From positions 3,348,001-3,412,000 of the forward strand of contig CM022672.1 of NCBI GenBank assembly GCA_012295275.1: a DNA stretch of 64,000 nt, in the 5' to 3' direction. Of this stretch, positions 51,100-64,000 are shown in pieces. The notes beneath the pieces are model-generated. The model searched no databases. It was given only the letters and a program-made list of their open reading frames with translations, and had not been told where the DNA came from. The position numbers and the translations under genes were made by a program. The DNA comes from Chrysomallon squamiferum (Eukaryota; Animalia; Mollusca). How positions within the stretch are numbered: position 1 is the first letter of the stretch; every line of letters starts with the position of its first letter.

Positions 51100-51756
51100 T
51101 TAGTTTTTACCACAATCATTTAACGTTTTTCAATATTTCTAACCTTAGCAACTCCTTAAAATGTACATTAAATTCAAAACAAAATTATTTTTTATTATTA
51201 ATATTAACAACAAATTTATACATTTAATTCCATTTATGTTTAAACAAATTTTGTTGTTGTTGTTGACCGTTCTGGTCATCACATTTTCTTTCCTACGCGT
51301 ACAAAAAAAAAAAAAAAAAAAAAATAAATTCATTTTTCGTGGAGTTTCGGCTTTGTAAACAACAGGTAATTTTAAACAATGTGTGCTACATAACATATTT
51401 TATTGATAAGCCCACACTTTATGTCAAACGTATTACACACTGCGGTGAATTCACTCGCTTGATGAGAGCTGGTCACGCGGGTAACGAGTGTTGCGGCGAC
51501 AAGCATGATTTGCCATTTATCACTGTTTGTCTTTTCTTTGTTCAGCGTGGATATTGGTTCTGTTCTTCTGTGAAGAGTCTGGTTTCATTCCAAGTTACGT
51601 GGTACTGTCAAAACTCATTACACAAATGAATTCGCCCATCCTTATGATTCAGCATAACCTACTCCTACGTAGTTGTATGTTTTCCAGTACGATAGGGAAT
51701 AAAGTTAATATAATTTTTCAGGGATGAATAATTTCTGTTTTTGTATCTGTCAGCAA

Positions 51757-51841
<85 letters not shown>

Positions 51842-52041
51842 GTTTTCTTTTTCTTTAGTTTTACTGTAATAAAGTTGAAGCAGTGGAAAATTAGCTGCAT
51901 AATACACAACATATTGTTACCTGTGAGTATTACCGCAAATACGACAAACTGCAGAACTTAACCACAAACTGCTACACTGCGCAGATTAACACAGACGCAC
52001 GCACAAACACACACACACACACATATACGTATTACACTTAC

Positions 52042-52121
52042 GTAATAATGCTGAAACAATGAGCAGTGACAGCTAGAAGTAGCAGTGTTGTACACAGATG
52101 TCTTGTGATTTTCTGGTTCAT
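52042..52121 (-). CDS. Signal-peptide exon of the small secreted EF-hand peptide precursor
   Basis: Acceptor tttcag (exon starts 52140), ATG with A at -3, MNQKITRHLCTTLLLLAVTAHCFSII, donor AC|GTAAGT in phase 2, matching the 47612 exon. Confidence 0.78.
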
Positions 52122-53315
52122 GTTAGGACGGATCTGGTGCCTGAAACTTAATAAATACAAAGTTTACATTATTATTTTATATTTCTGTTATACAGTCAAT
52201 AACACAGAAACATGTGTAATCACGTAAGCATACGCAGATAATCACATATATTAATATATACATACTTATAAAATTAAGTCTAAAGATAACGAGGAAATTA
52301 TTTGAAATATCCAAATTATAATTATCTACTATATACGTATAAACACACACACATTTTCAGAGAGAGAAAAACCGACCCCAATAATGATGCATTTTCTGTT
52401 TTCAGAATATTTTTTATAGCTTTTTCTTTATATATTATTATTATTATTTTTATTATTTTTATTTATATAAAAATAAATGTAGGTCTATTTAATTGAAACA
52501 ATGGCACTACAGCAGTAATTTACTGATGTTTCGGTTAATCTTAGAAGAAAAACGAACGAAGGAGAAAAACATTATACTAACTCTGAGAAACAAATTCGAC
52601 AATAAATCATTTTAATTGACTAATAGTATCATCTGTCTTTTTCGCCGGATCTGCCCCTACAACATCACACAAATGGATCGATGCACGACGTCCAATTACA
52701 GACTTCATTAGAGTATTAACTGCAGCTCATCGACTGCGGGAGCTTTGAGACAGAACAGTCCGTTTTTCTGCTGCCGGATTTTATTATACCGCAAGAGTTT
52801 TCTTTATAGCAACACTTCGCTTACAACAATCAACCCGATTAATACCAGTTAAGAGGAAATAAAAGCTGTATTAACACCCCCGACCTATTTTCGGATCGCT
52901 GTTCTATTTCCGGCCTCGATTACTTTATGTTATCTCCAAGGAACACATTAATATAAAACCAGTTACGTGATAGAAAAAAAAAAAAAAAAATTAAAGAACT
53001 AAAAAGAATTGTCATAAAATGATCTATCGTTTACTGACAGCGGGGGAGGACAGAAATTATAGACGCGAAAAATTGATGGGTATTTTTTTTTGGTTTGTTT
53101 TGTTTTTTTATTTTGGTCTATCTCCGATCCCATTCCATATCCTCGCTAGCAAAGTCTCGATCTAATAGTTTTAAAGTTTATTTAACAATGTCTTATTTTG
53201 TAATCGTGTAGTTACGATACATGTTTAGGAAGATTACTGATTAATATATTAAACATGCAGTTAAATAAACTGTAAAAATAAATAACAATATTTCGGCGCA
53301 AGCAGATATTTAAAA

Positions 53316-53593
53316 CAGGCACGGGCAAACTTTTTCGAGAAGCGGGTCACGTGAGACTTGGCTCATCCTCAGGCGGGCCCAAATTCTAATTTAGGCGATT
53401 TTGTGTTTTTAACTTAGAGTTTATTGTAAGAAATTTTTCATTTTCATTTACTTCAAGATCTGTTATAATAAAAAAAAAAAAAAAAATTACATGTGTTTTA
53501 GTATATTAGTACATACAAAATAGACTCATTTTATGAAATTTGAATTAACGTTATTTTCCTTGTGAAATTAGGGCCGCAGTTTGCCCATGACTG
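53316..53593. mobile_element. Non-autonomous hAT-type MITE, 278 bp
   Basis: TIRs CAGGCACGGGCAAAC and CAGTCATGGGCAAAC (13/15 match). Perfect 8-bp TSD ATTTAAAA at 53308-53315 and 53594-53601. Confidence 0.9.
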
Positions 53594-53723
53594 ATTTAAA
53601 ACGTAAACTCTCTCTCTCTTATTCAGACATTTTATGATTAAGACATTTTAAGAGCTTCTCTTTCATTATGACGTCTTCACCATCATCATTGTAATCACCA
53701 TCATCATCATCATCATCATTATG

Positions 53724-53757
<34 letters not shown>

Positions 53758-53922
53758 ACATAGTTTTTTAATTATATGTCAGCTGGATACAAATACCGGT
53801 TGGTATTTTAGCAAATAAAAGAATTTAAAAAATCTTGTTTAAAAAAAAAAAAAAAAAAATAATAATAATAATAAATCGTAATAATAAAATAAAATGTTTT
53901 TAAAAATGAAAAAAAGAAAATG

Positions 53923-53967
<45 letters not shown>

Positions 53968-55374
53968 TAAATATATTATAGCGTTTTTTTAGAATTAATT
54001 CTATAAAAAAAAGAAAGAATAGTCTATTATTAATTTTTTTATTGTTCTTTTTAATGTTTTGTTTTGTTTTCTCTTCTTTCTTTTTCTACGTCTTCGTTTT
54101 TCTTTCTTTCTTTCGCCAGACAGACATTTGCAGAATTCACGACATATTAATACTGACGAATGATTGTAATGCCAAAAATATAAGTAATGTAGTTGCAAAA
54201 ATAAACTGAAAAACTTTAATTCACGAATAACATATCTTTTATTCTATTATTTTCATTTTTTTTAATTATTATTATTACTGTTGTTGTTGTTTATTTATGT
54301 ATGTATGTATGTATGTATGTATGTATTATTTGTTATTTAGTATAATTTTGGTTATTAATTTCATTATTTTATTATATAGATTTTTTTACCTTTTTTTTAT
54401 TTTATTTTACTTTTTATTTTTTTATTTTTTTTTTTTTTTTTTTTTGTTGTCGATGAATAATTAAATTGTGACATTTACGGGGGCGGGAATGTTGTTGCCA
54501 ATCGTTTAATTATTAACAATCGTGAAACTATTTCTTTTCTTTCTATTTAATTTTTCTTTTTTCTTTTTCTATTTTTTTCACTTAGATTTCACTTTGCTCA
54601 GTATTGTCTCGCTAATAGTTTAACATAAAAGCGGTGAAGTCAGCAGATTCCTAAATGGATTGATACTGAGGCTTCAGTGAAAATAATTCTACAGTTTATT
54701 GTCACTGATTGCAAATTGCAAACAAGCAACTTACTGTGTTTGTGTTCTTGCGTGTATACTTGAGTATGTATGTTCATGTGTGTGTATATTAGTGTCTGTG
54801 TTTACCTGTGTTTATGTTAATGTGTGTGTGTGTGTGCTAGTATATATGAATATATATCTTTGAAAGTGTATTTCGTTTGTTTATATATATATATAATGTG
54901 TGTGTAGTGGTCCGCGCATCCCTATATGTTGTGTCAGTGTGTGTGTGTTGTGTGTATGTGTCTGTTTATGTGTATGTATGTGTGTGTGTGTTTATGTATG
55001 TGTGTATGTGTCTGTTCATATATGTGTGTTTGTGTGTGTGTGTGTGTTTACTTACCAAACGTTATGTCTCAGTCGAACGAACTGAAATTCAAATTTATGC
55101 CAATAGTCGAGAAGAAAGATGCATAGATCACGTGACTTGTAATTCTGAAAGATAAATAAATAAGTTTATAAATAAATAAATAGTAATTAAATTTTTTTAT
55201 ATCTGTTTTGGAATAATAATTCTTGAAAAAAAAAGAAGAAAGAGTAAAAAAGAACAGCACTGATATAAACTGCGGTAACGATACCTAAACGTTTTATCTT
55301 TCATACCATCATTAAAAATCACATCATAAATAGTGCTTGTCATATAGTTATTGTCAGTATAAAATGATTTTTAC

Positions 55375-55489
<115 letters not shown>

Positions 55490-55702
55490 GTGTTTGTGAC
55501 ATGCATACGAACAGCATATAAAAAAGAAATAGGATACGACAAACATACAAAGAGAAACAGAGACACACAGAAACACATACACACGCGCGCACACCCTTCA
55601 TACCAATTACATAATATACATTATTCATATATATAAGCAATGGTAACAAATTCAAACATTTATTTTCTACAAATTAAACATTAACAGAATAATAATAGTA
55701 GT

Positions 55703-55736
<34 letters not shown>

Positions 55737-55792
55737 TATTTCATAACGGTAGTAGTAGTAGATTGACAAATGAGAAAATATTAAAAACTTAC

Positions 55793-55890
55793 CTTATTTG
55801 TTTAACGATCCATCAGCTAAAGCTTTCCAACACAGATAGTCAATCTGAGTATGTTACGGAACTTTGTTAGTGCCTGTTTGCTGCCCACTC
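55793..55890 (-). other. Candidate non-coding first exon of the EF-hand peptide gene
   Basis: Consensus donor AAG|GTAAGT at 55793/55792 on the same strand, upstream of the 52140 acceptor. The 5' boundary is a guess. Confidence 0.4.
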
Positions 55891-55905
55891 TTATTTTTTA
55901 AAAAC

Positions 55906-55942
<37 letters not shown>

Positions 55943-57109
55943 CCTTCAAATAGCAAACCCTGACGATGCTGATATAATTATTATAATTTTTTTTTTTTTT
56001 TTCTCCTAATGCACCTAGATATTACAGCGTCGTCAATCTCAAATTAATTAGTACTCCGTAGTTTGGAAAGGGTAACAAAAAAAAAATATTAACGTTAGCC
56101 GTGTCGCCTTATCAACAGTAACTAATAATTGTTCCGTTAGTCTTCCCTGGTGATTGGCTGACAAAAGCGAACACTTGTGATGTAATAAGCTCTGTTATTA
56201 TTACTGTTATTACTGCTGCTATTACAAAAGAAAAGAAATATAAATATGCAAGGGTTTGTAGTAAGAAGAAATGGAGATGCGAAACGGATGTCCGAATGAA
56301 ATCCGTTTTCGTTTCACGTTCCGATAATTTTAATGGGACAATGACCCGGCGCGTGGGTGTTATTGATAAAATTGTAAGTTTTATTTCAGTGGCCTTCTGG
56401 CAAGGCGGCGATGGGACATTCGTCTGAACAGAGATAAAATGAGCGATTAAAGAATTCTTTGGTTCAAAATTATCTATTTGAAGTTACGAAGGGAACGGAG
56501 GCGGTAGTTAGAAGAGCTATTTTTAGACAACAAAAATTGCAAATCTTTTATCATTTCGAAACGAAAACAAATTCAAAAGAAAAAAGATTTACGAGGTTTT
56601 ATTAAGTTCTTTTAATTCTTTCCTTTTCTTTCTTTTGCCAGTCTTGTTCCTTTTTTTTTTTTTTTCTTTTTTTAAATAAAGATGGGATTTTTTAGTTTTT
56701 GTTATTTTAAAAGTAAAATACCAATTTACGAGAAGAAAAGAATAATAACATGGTTTACGCTGCGATGTTTTATTTCTGCTTTGCTCTAAGTACATAAAAC
56801 GTTGATATGGTGTGAGATCAAACACGATATGTCGGAGATCAGCCAGATAATGCTGAGGTTTGTGTAGATAACCACCAATTTAGCATTCCTCTTCAAAACA
56901 TTTCTTGTCTCATTTTAACCGTCTGGCGTTACGGAAAACTTCTAAGAACCTTTTTCTTTATCTTCTTTTTTCTACTTTTTTGTCTTCTTCTTCATCTCTG
57001 TTTCATGTACAGATTCAGTGGAAGAAATATGAACGAATGGGGAATGTTTTGTTAAGGGTGTTGTGATCGGGGATCAGTTGTGTGTGTGTGTGTTTGTGTG
57101 TGTGCGTGC

Positions 57110-57146
<37 letters not shown>

Positions 57147-58609
57147 GTTATTATTATTATTATTATTATTATACTCGTGAAAGAAAGAGAGAGAGAATAT
57201 TATGTTTTCATATTTACAAGAGTTTATAAGAGAAATTTAATACAATCGCTGAAAATCACTTACAAATCCACGGTAGGTCGTTGTGCCAAGATACCAAATA
57301 TCTACGAAAGACGCAGCACCAAAATTTTGCTCTTTGTCCCTTCACATATATTATCGAGGATAACACGTTCCTGACAAACATTCCCGTACGTTATAACGAG
57401 GTTTATATACCGAACATGTAGATTTATACAGAGAACAGAGAGTCAGACAAGCAATTAAATATATAGATAAAAATCAATGTTTGTGTTAAGTGTGTTATTC
57501 TGTTTCTGAAAAGTCTCTGCTGGTTATAATTGCACGATGAAGATTTACGCAGCGAGACTGGTACTTTGGAAACAGGTGACACACTAAGTGTGTTTCAGAC
57601 AACCTTACGACTGCTCCTGTGGGAGTGAACGAGTTGTTCTGTCACCTCTAGCATCCGTGTTGCGTTTGTTAAAAAGGGCAAGACAGAAATAACCGGCCAG
57701 GATGTTTAACATTAAAAATGCATTGAAAGTATTCTGCATGAATGAATGCGCAGCGAGTTGTTTGCTGTCCAAGAAACCGACACAAGAACTGAAAGTTCGG
57801 GGATCAGTTCCTGATAGCGGTACCCAGTCGGAATCAATTCACTGTTCTTTAACCAAAAGTAATTTAATTGACAGAAGACTTTCAAACCATCGATCTATCT
57901 AATCGAATTAATTCAGATAATTTGATGACGTTGGTCACTAAATGATGAAGTAATATACTAAATGAATCTTAATAAGACAAAAAGAATTAAAATCTTGTGA
58001 AGATATGAATTCGATCATTATTTCCGTATTATGTAAGATGTACGTCATGTAACCGTACAAAATATTTCGAATGTGCATTAAACAAAATATTTCTTCCTTT
58101 GTTCAAGACTGAGGTACGACAGATCGGAAGATCAACTGTCCTCGATGAACTAGTTACAGGCCAATGCACCAAGGTATATGTTTTTCTGTCTATAGAAAGA
58201 TACATATAAAATATATAATTATTTGTTGCAAAAGGGAAAACAGTTTTTCTACTTCGTTATCTCTGTAATCCTTATCTAGTCATATTTATCACTCAGCAAG
58301 GCTCTATATTTGTTCATGGGTTTTAAATGTGTTGAGTTTTATCGTTAAATTTAACAGTGTTCCTTCTACAGAATATTTTAGAAAATACATTCACTCAGTT
58401 TCGGGATCAACATTTATGGTTAAGGCTATTTTTACTGTTATTATCATGTTGGATTTAGGTTTACGATCGTGTTTTTGTTATTATTTATACTATGAATCAG
58501 TTTTTTAGCGTTAGTATGAGGATTAGATTTGGGTTAGATTAAGTTATTTCAAATTATATTTTATGATTAGACTCAAGTAGCTGCTGTTATGCACTGAAAC
58601 AGGAGCTTA

Positions 58610-59335
58610 CGGGGTCACAGAATGTGTTATTTTATTACTGAGTTTTGTTTTATCACTAACGATTCACTGAATTTTCTAGTACTAGTTATTTCTAGAATGT
58701 GTTTTATTTGTTGTTCTTTTACCAGTGATTACGTGAACGTACTAAATCACTGATTCAAAGACTGTTGTATTGTCAACGATTCACACAATGATCGATTTCT
58801 GGTCATTTAAAAAATATTCTGCTGCCAGTGATTATTCGTTAACTACTTCTGATTTACTGAAGGTGTTTTATTACTAGTCATTCATAGAATGTGTCTTCCA
58901 TTAGTAATGACTCCCAGAATGTGTTCTGTTCCTAGTGATCTAGGGAATTTGTTGTTTGATATATAGAATATGTTCTGGCTTCTGATATTATTATAATTTT
59001 TTCAATTACTAACGATTCCCTGAAGGTACTGTGTTTCTGACAATGCATAAAATATATTCTAGTAGTAGTTATTTACAAAATGTACTCCAGTACTGGTTTC
59101 CTTTACTTGTGATTCAATTGTTTATTAATAGTGGTTCAATGAAATGTTCTACTGCTAGTGATTCATAGAATGCTATATGGCTTTCGATTCATAAGACTGA
59201 TATATTACCTGAGATTCATAGAATATGTTGAGTTATTACTAGTAATAGTTAGCAGTAACATGTAAAATGTGTTCGGTTACAAGGCATCATAAAACAGAAC
59301 TAGTTATTCACAGAATGTATTCTACTGCCGGTTAT
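58610..59335. repeat. Highly decayed tandem repeat, unit about 26-30 bp, consensus near ACTAGTGATTCAYAGAATGTGTTCT
   Basis: agaatgtgtt/agaatatgtt and tagtgattc cores recur at about 58620, 58695, 58886, 58916, 58965, 59166, 59220 and 59312. Confidence 0.6.
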
Positions 59336-60391
59336 AAAAGTAAGGTAACCAACAACACAAACTCCATAATTAACACTCAGTTTATTTGTCATAAATTTGC
59401 TAACAATTATTATTGCTCAATTCTGCTAACTAATCTTGTATTAAAAATTTAAAACTTTATCAAGTGACTTTATTTAACAAAAAATTTAAAGCAATTCACC
59501 GTGATTAGAAATACGTACGTAATTTGTGTCTACGGATGTACAAAGTATAAACTATTATGTTAATTTCTGGTGATATTTTTCACATGTAAAATTAAAGATA
59601 TAAATAAACTGGTACACGATCAGTTAATAACTACAAATAAACTTTAAAAAAATAATCAGTCTCGTAGATTTGTTCATGTTCGTTTATGGACATAATTTTG
59701 TAGTTTTGTTAATAAGATTAATACTCTTCAAATAACAATGTGTAAATATAATGACAAAAAAAAAAAAAGTAATTAAACAAAAAAAAATTAAAAATCAACA
59801 CATACACAAACGTAAAATGTTCTATACAAAAGAGTGGGTATGTAGAAAATAGTACTAATAAATATACTCACTGAACTCCACAACAGAAAATGGAATTAAG
59901 GGACATAACTCAAACATCTTTAGCAAACGATCTAAACACGCACACCTATTTGTTTTTATTTATAACACAGCAAAATCATACTCGTATAAACTATATCAAG
60001 CTATTTTTATTTTTATTTCTATGTATTATTAATTCTATAAAAAAAAATAAACCACAAAAGGTTGTACAGAAAGCTTATGCAATTTAATAAAACAACGCAA
60101 TTTAATGTGGACGTCTATAAAATAAAATTCTAAAAAAGATGCTAGCACAAAAATATTTCAAGAGGCTTTAAGGCTATGCTAGACTTTTTTGCATCCAAAC
60201 TGAGAAGATTAAAACAAAATAATAATAGTAATTAATATGTTCACAATAAACTGAAATAAAAAAAAAAAAAAAAAAAGGAACAAAATAAAACTTTTATACT
60301 GTGTTGTCTTTGCTCTGCAACTGTTCATATATTATACTGAATTATTTGGAGGCACTTCAACCAGTTTTATAATTCTTATAATTCTTATAAT

Positions 60392-60427
<36 letters not shown>

Positions 60428-60881
60428 CACAGAAACAAATATGGCTATGTGACAGATAGAAACCTGATATCACAACAGCCTAAAATATAAATACTATATA
60501 ATAAAAATTAATTCAAGAATTCAGTTTCTAACAATGTCAAATGACATTCAGACTGTCATGTTTTCAGTTAATAATATTTTGACACACTCTAAAAGGTTTA
60601 ATTTATTTATTTATATACCGATTAATTTTTTCTGTTTCTTTAGTATTATTTCTTTTTAATTAATTTCATTATTATTATTGATATTTTTTTTGTTAGTACT
60701 CTTTGTATTTAAGTATTTTTCAAAGGATGTTTTTAAAGTAAATTAAATTTGATATCATATATAGAAAGAAAGAAACAGACACACAGACTGCCAATGACAG
60801 TTAATTAAGTTCATAATATTTCTCTGTGAAACAATTAAAATCAATTACAATATCAGGATTACATTCATTTTATATTATTGA

Positions 60882-60948
<67 letters not shown>

Positions 60949-61423
60949 TGCAGAGTAACATTGATCATTTTAGATTAATCTTTTTTTTTATTTATTTGTT
61001 TGTTTGATTATTGTTTCCTTCATTTTTGTTTTAATATGACAATCACCAATACAGTCATTTATATTATTGTAATAGAATACATTAAATAACAATAAATATA
61101 ATAAAAGTACAAATATGTCACACCAACTAAGGCATTAAGTGCATAATATGTAGTATAGAGTAATACAATATTATTACATATAGTAAAAACGTTTTTCAGT
61201 TTAACAAATACTACTAATAATAATAAAATAAAGACCAAATGTATCAATAAGCAATGCATTGTATTAGCTGGACTGTTAAAACGTGTGGATATAAACAGAC
61301 ATTATCACATATTTGTAAACAAATAAAACTAGATAAAGATTTGCATAATTCCTAACTACTTGTGAATAGATACATACAGTTAGTGCTATAGTGCTACACC
61401 CACAGATACTGAAAGTATTACAC

Positions 61424-61496
<73 letters not shown>

Positions 61497-64000
61497 CAGA
61501 CACATTAAATTAACAAAATCAAATGCTATAAATGATAATGATTCATTTCAAAGTCTAAGGTAATAAACGTATTGTAATTATGACAAGTGTAATGGTGTAT
61601 ATCAAAAATAAAGAGATCACAATCAAAACATTTCAACACAGTAAACAAAAACTGATAATACAGGTTTCTAATCTGTTTTTCTTTTTTGCCAGCCAGTAAT
61701 TTTCTTTATAATGAAACTCTTTCTTTTCTATTTTTTTCTATTTTCTTTTTTCTAAATTTATTTCACTTCTTTTTTCTTTGCCAACCGATACTTTTTAAAA
61801 TTTATTAAAGACATACATAGCATTTTATAAGTTATAATCTACAAAATGATAATGCCCCTCTTCATCTTTTTTTGAAAAACTGGATTGATCTATCCTTTAT
61901 TTATGAACATATCAGATGTGTCCCTAATGTTTGGCAACCAGTGTTGTTTTCTTTATAAAGAAATTTGTTTCATTTTATGAATAAAATCAACAATATTATT
62001 ATTACTGCTACTAATGTTGCTATTATGATTGTTATTATTATTACTACTACTACTACAACTACTATTATTATTACTGTTGTTGCTGCTGCTGCTGCTGTTG
62101 TTGTTGTTATTGTTAGTGATGTTCAAATTACTTATCAGTTAGAATATAATAGCTTTTGCAATTCAAACTTACATCATTTTCCTTTCTCATGAAAATATAA
62201 TTCCTGTTGGTCTCATCTTAAAAAGAAACACACACAAAAAAAGATGTACACAAACAGCAAACATATATTTAATAATAAATAACAATTTTGTCACAAGTGC
62301 CAAATATTGCAAAAAAAAGAACAAAGCTACATAAACTCAATTAATCTACAAGTGAATGCTGCCTTTTGTGAGTTTTTATTGTATATTACATTTATCTACT
62401 AGTGAGTCTCACCAAACTGAATACTTGAAAAATCTAACAAACATCAAAATACTATCTTCTCTTATGTCTCATGATTTTTATGTATCTATATCTCAGTAAG
62501 ATATCAAAATACCAAACCATTTAACCGGCTTTCCAGAAATCTGGCTATTTTTCAAAATGGCTACTTCTGAATTAGGCACACACTTTCTGTTATGCCAGTT
62601 CCCATTATAATTGCTGTGTACAGGTGACCTCTCATAATTGTTTTTATTTTAATTTTAGTTTGTTCAATTTACTCCTATTTCATTTTTATCACATTTTAAA
62701 AGACTGGCTGAAATGCAGCTTGCTAGTGAAAAGCATATTCCATTAGACGTATTTTAGAAGTAATTTCAAAATAATCAGAAAGACCTTATTTTAGAAGTGT
62801 ATTAAATTGTATCTGTTAAATACAGTTTTATTCTTTATTTTTCTTGGTTTATTTTATATTTTAAGTAAAGATTTAACCTTTATCCCAAAATCCAACAGAC
62901 AAGGAAATCTGCACAACCCTAGGTGACACAACTGCCAGATAAATGATTCAGTAACTGTATTTGTAACATTATAATTCAGTTTGTATCAGTACAATATGAA
63001 ATACACTCCACACAAAACAAACAATTAAAGACTTGTTATTTTTAGTAAACAAAACTGCTTCATTGAAACTGTGACCCCAAAATCAGAAAATGAGTCACAA
63101 ATCACCAGTGCCAGATTCAAAATATAACACAAGGAAACAATTTTTAAAAATATTTTCAGACTAAATCATCCGTACTAAAGACAGAATTTAGTTATTACTA
63201 CATGTCACTGAAATATAAAACAGTAAAAGAATTTTGCATCACTTCCAAGTTATAATTATGGAAGGCAACTCATTTCTAATAACCATAATTCAGTATTCAA
63301 AGAAAATATTTGTATGAAAAGTGTATATTTGAAAAATCAGTATTTTTTTTTAACTTTTGGGTCATAAAGAGTATTCAGATGTAATTACATGACACAAGTA
63401 GAGGTGTCAGGTCACAAAATAGTTGTTAGGATGAAAAAGAAAACAGGAACATCTCTAATAAGAATGAGTAACAATATTATGGCTGTAATGCTTGAGTAAT
63501 GATACTATTATATTAATCTGAATGAATGACAGTGAGTTACTGTTTTTTAGGCATATTCCTCCATTTTTACTTCTAGATTACTTTTAGTGAGCAGCAAATA
63601 GTAAAAAGGTTTCACTGTCACAATATGATGAATTTAAAAAGAACCTCCAGTGGATTGTACATTCTGATCCATACAATACAAAGCCAGGATATTGTTTACT
63701 TCTACTATGTTCAAATATTTGCCTCTAAATGGTTTTATCCACCTCATTGATGAAGGAATAAAAAAACAGGCAATTCTTAATGTCTTGTAAGTATATTACA
63801 TAAATATGTTGGTAATTTAAATAAATTACCATAAATAATTATCACTGAGGAGACAAGTAATTATATATATTCCATAATATTATTAACTAGTGATTAGACT
63901 ATGAAATACACTTGTACCTGTAGAAGGATCAAGCGGGTTATTTTGAATCATGTAATGAAGGAGCCTGGGTCATCTCAACAAGACATAATAGTTTTTGTTA

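Noticed and set aside
63917-64000. Possible minus-strand exon ending at CAG|GTACAA
   Set aside because: All three frames contain stops within the visible segment, so it cannot be supported as CDS from this window.

Overview
AT-rich, microsatellite-dense, intron-containing animal genomic DNA. A mollusc or cephalopod source is my impression from composition and gene content, not proven. Contents from left to right: (1) the last coding exon of the Sm protein G gene (SNRPG); (2) a minus-strand NPY/NPF-receptor-like class A GPCR with a single-base frameshift in its NPxxY motif; (3) a 2.25 kb array of 47-bp units; (4) two divergently transcribed six-domain ceruloplasmin/hephaestin-like multicopper oxidase paralogs (A: minus strand, 13 exons, about 1078 aa; B: plus strand, 12 exons, about 1371 aa), neither with a visible transmembrane anchor and differing in copper ligands and C-termini; (5) a decayed Tc1/mariner element and several MITEs; (6) a small spliced gene absent from the ORF track (52121-52042 joined to 47612-47465, minus strand). 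That gene encodes a 75-aa prepropeptide: signal peptide, KR site, and a predicted 40-aa pyroGlu...Tyr-amide peptide built around one Cys-flanked, SPARC-like EF-hand. It is the best candidate for an undescribed system here. All exon models were assembled by hand from splice signals, reading phase and motif continuity. No database searches were run.
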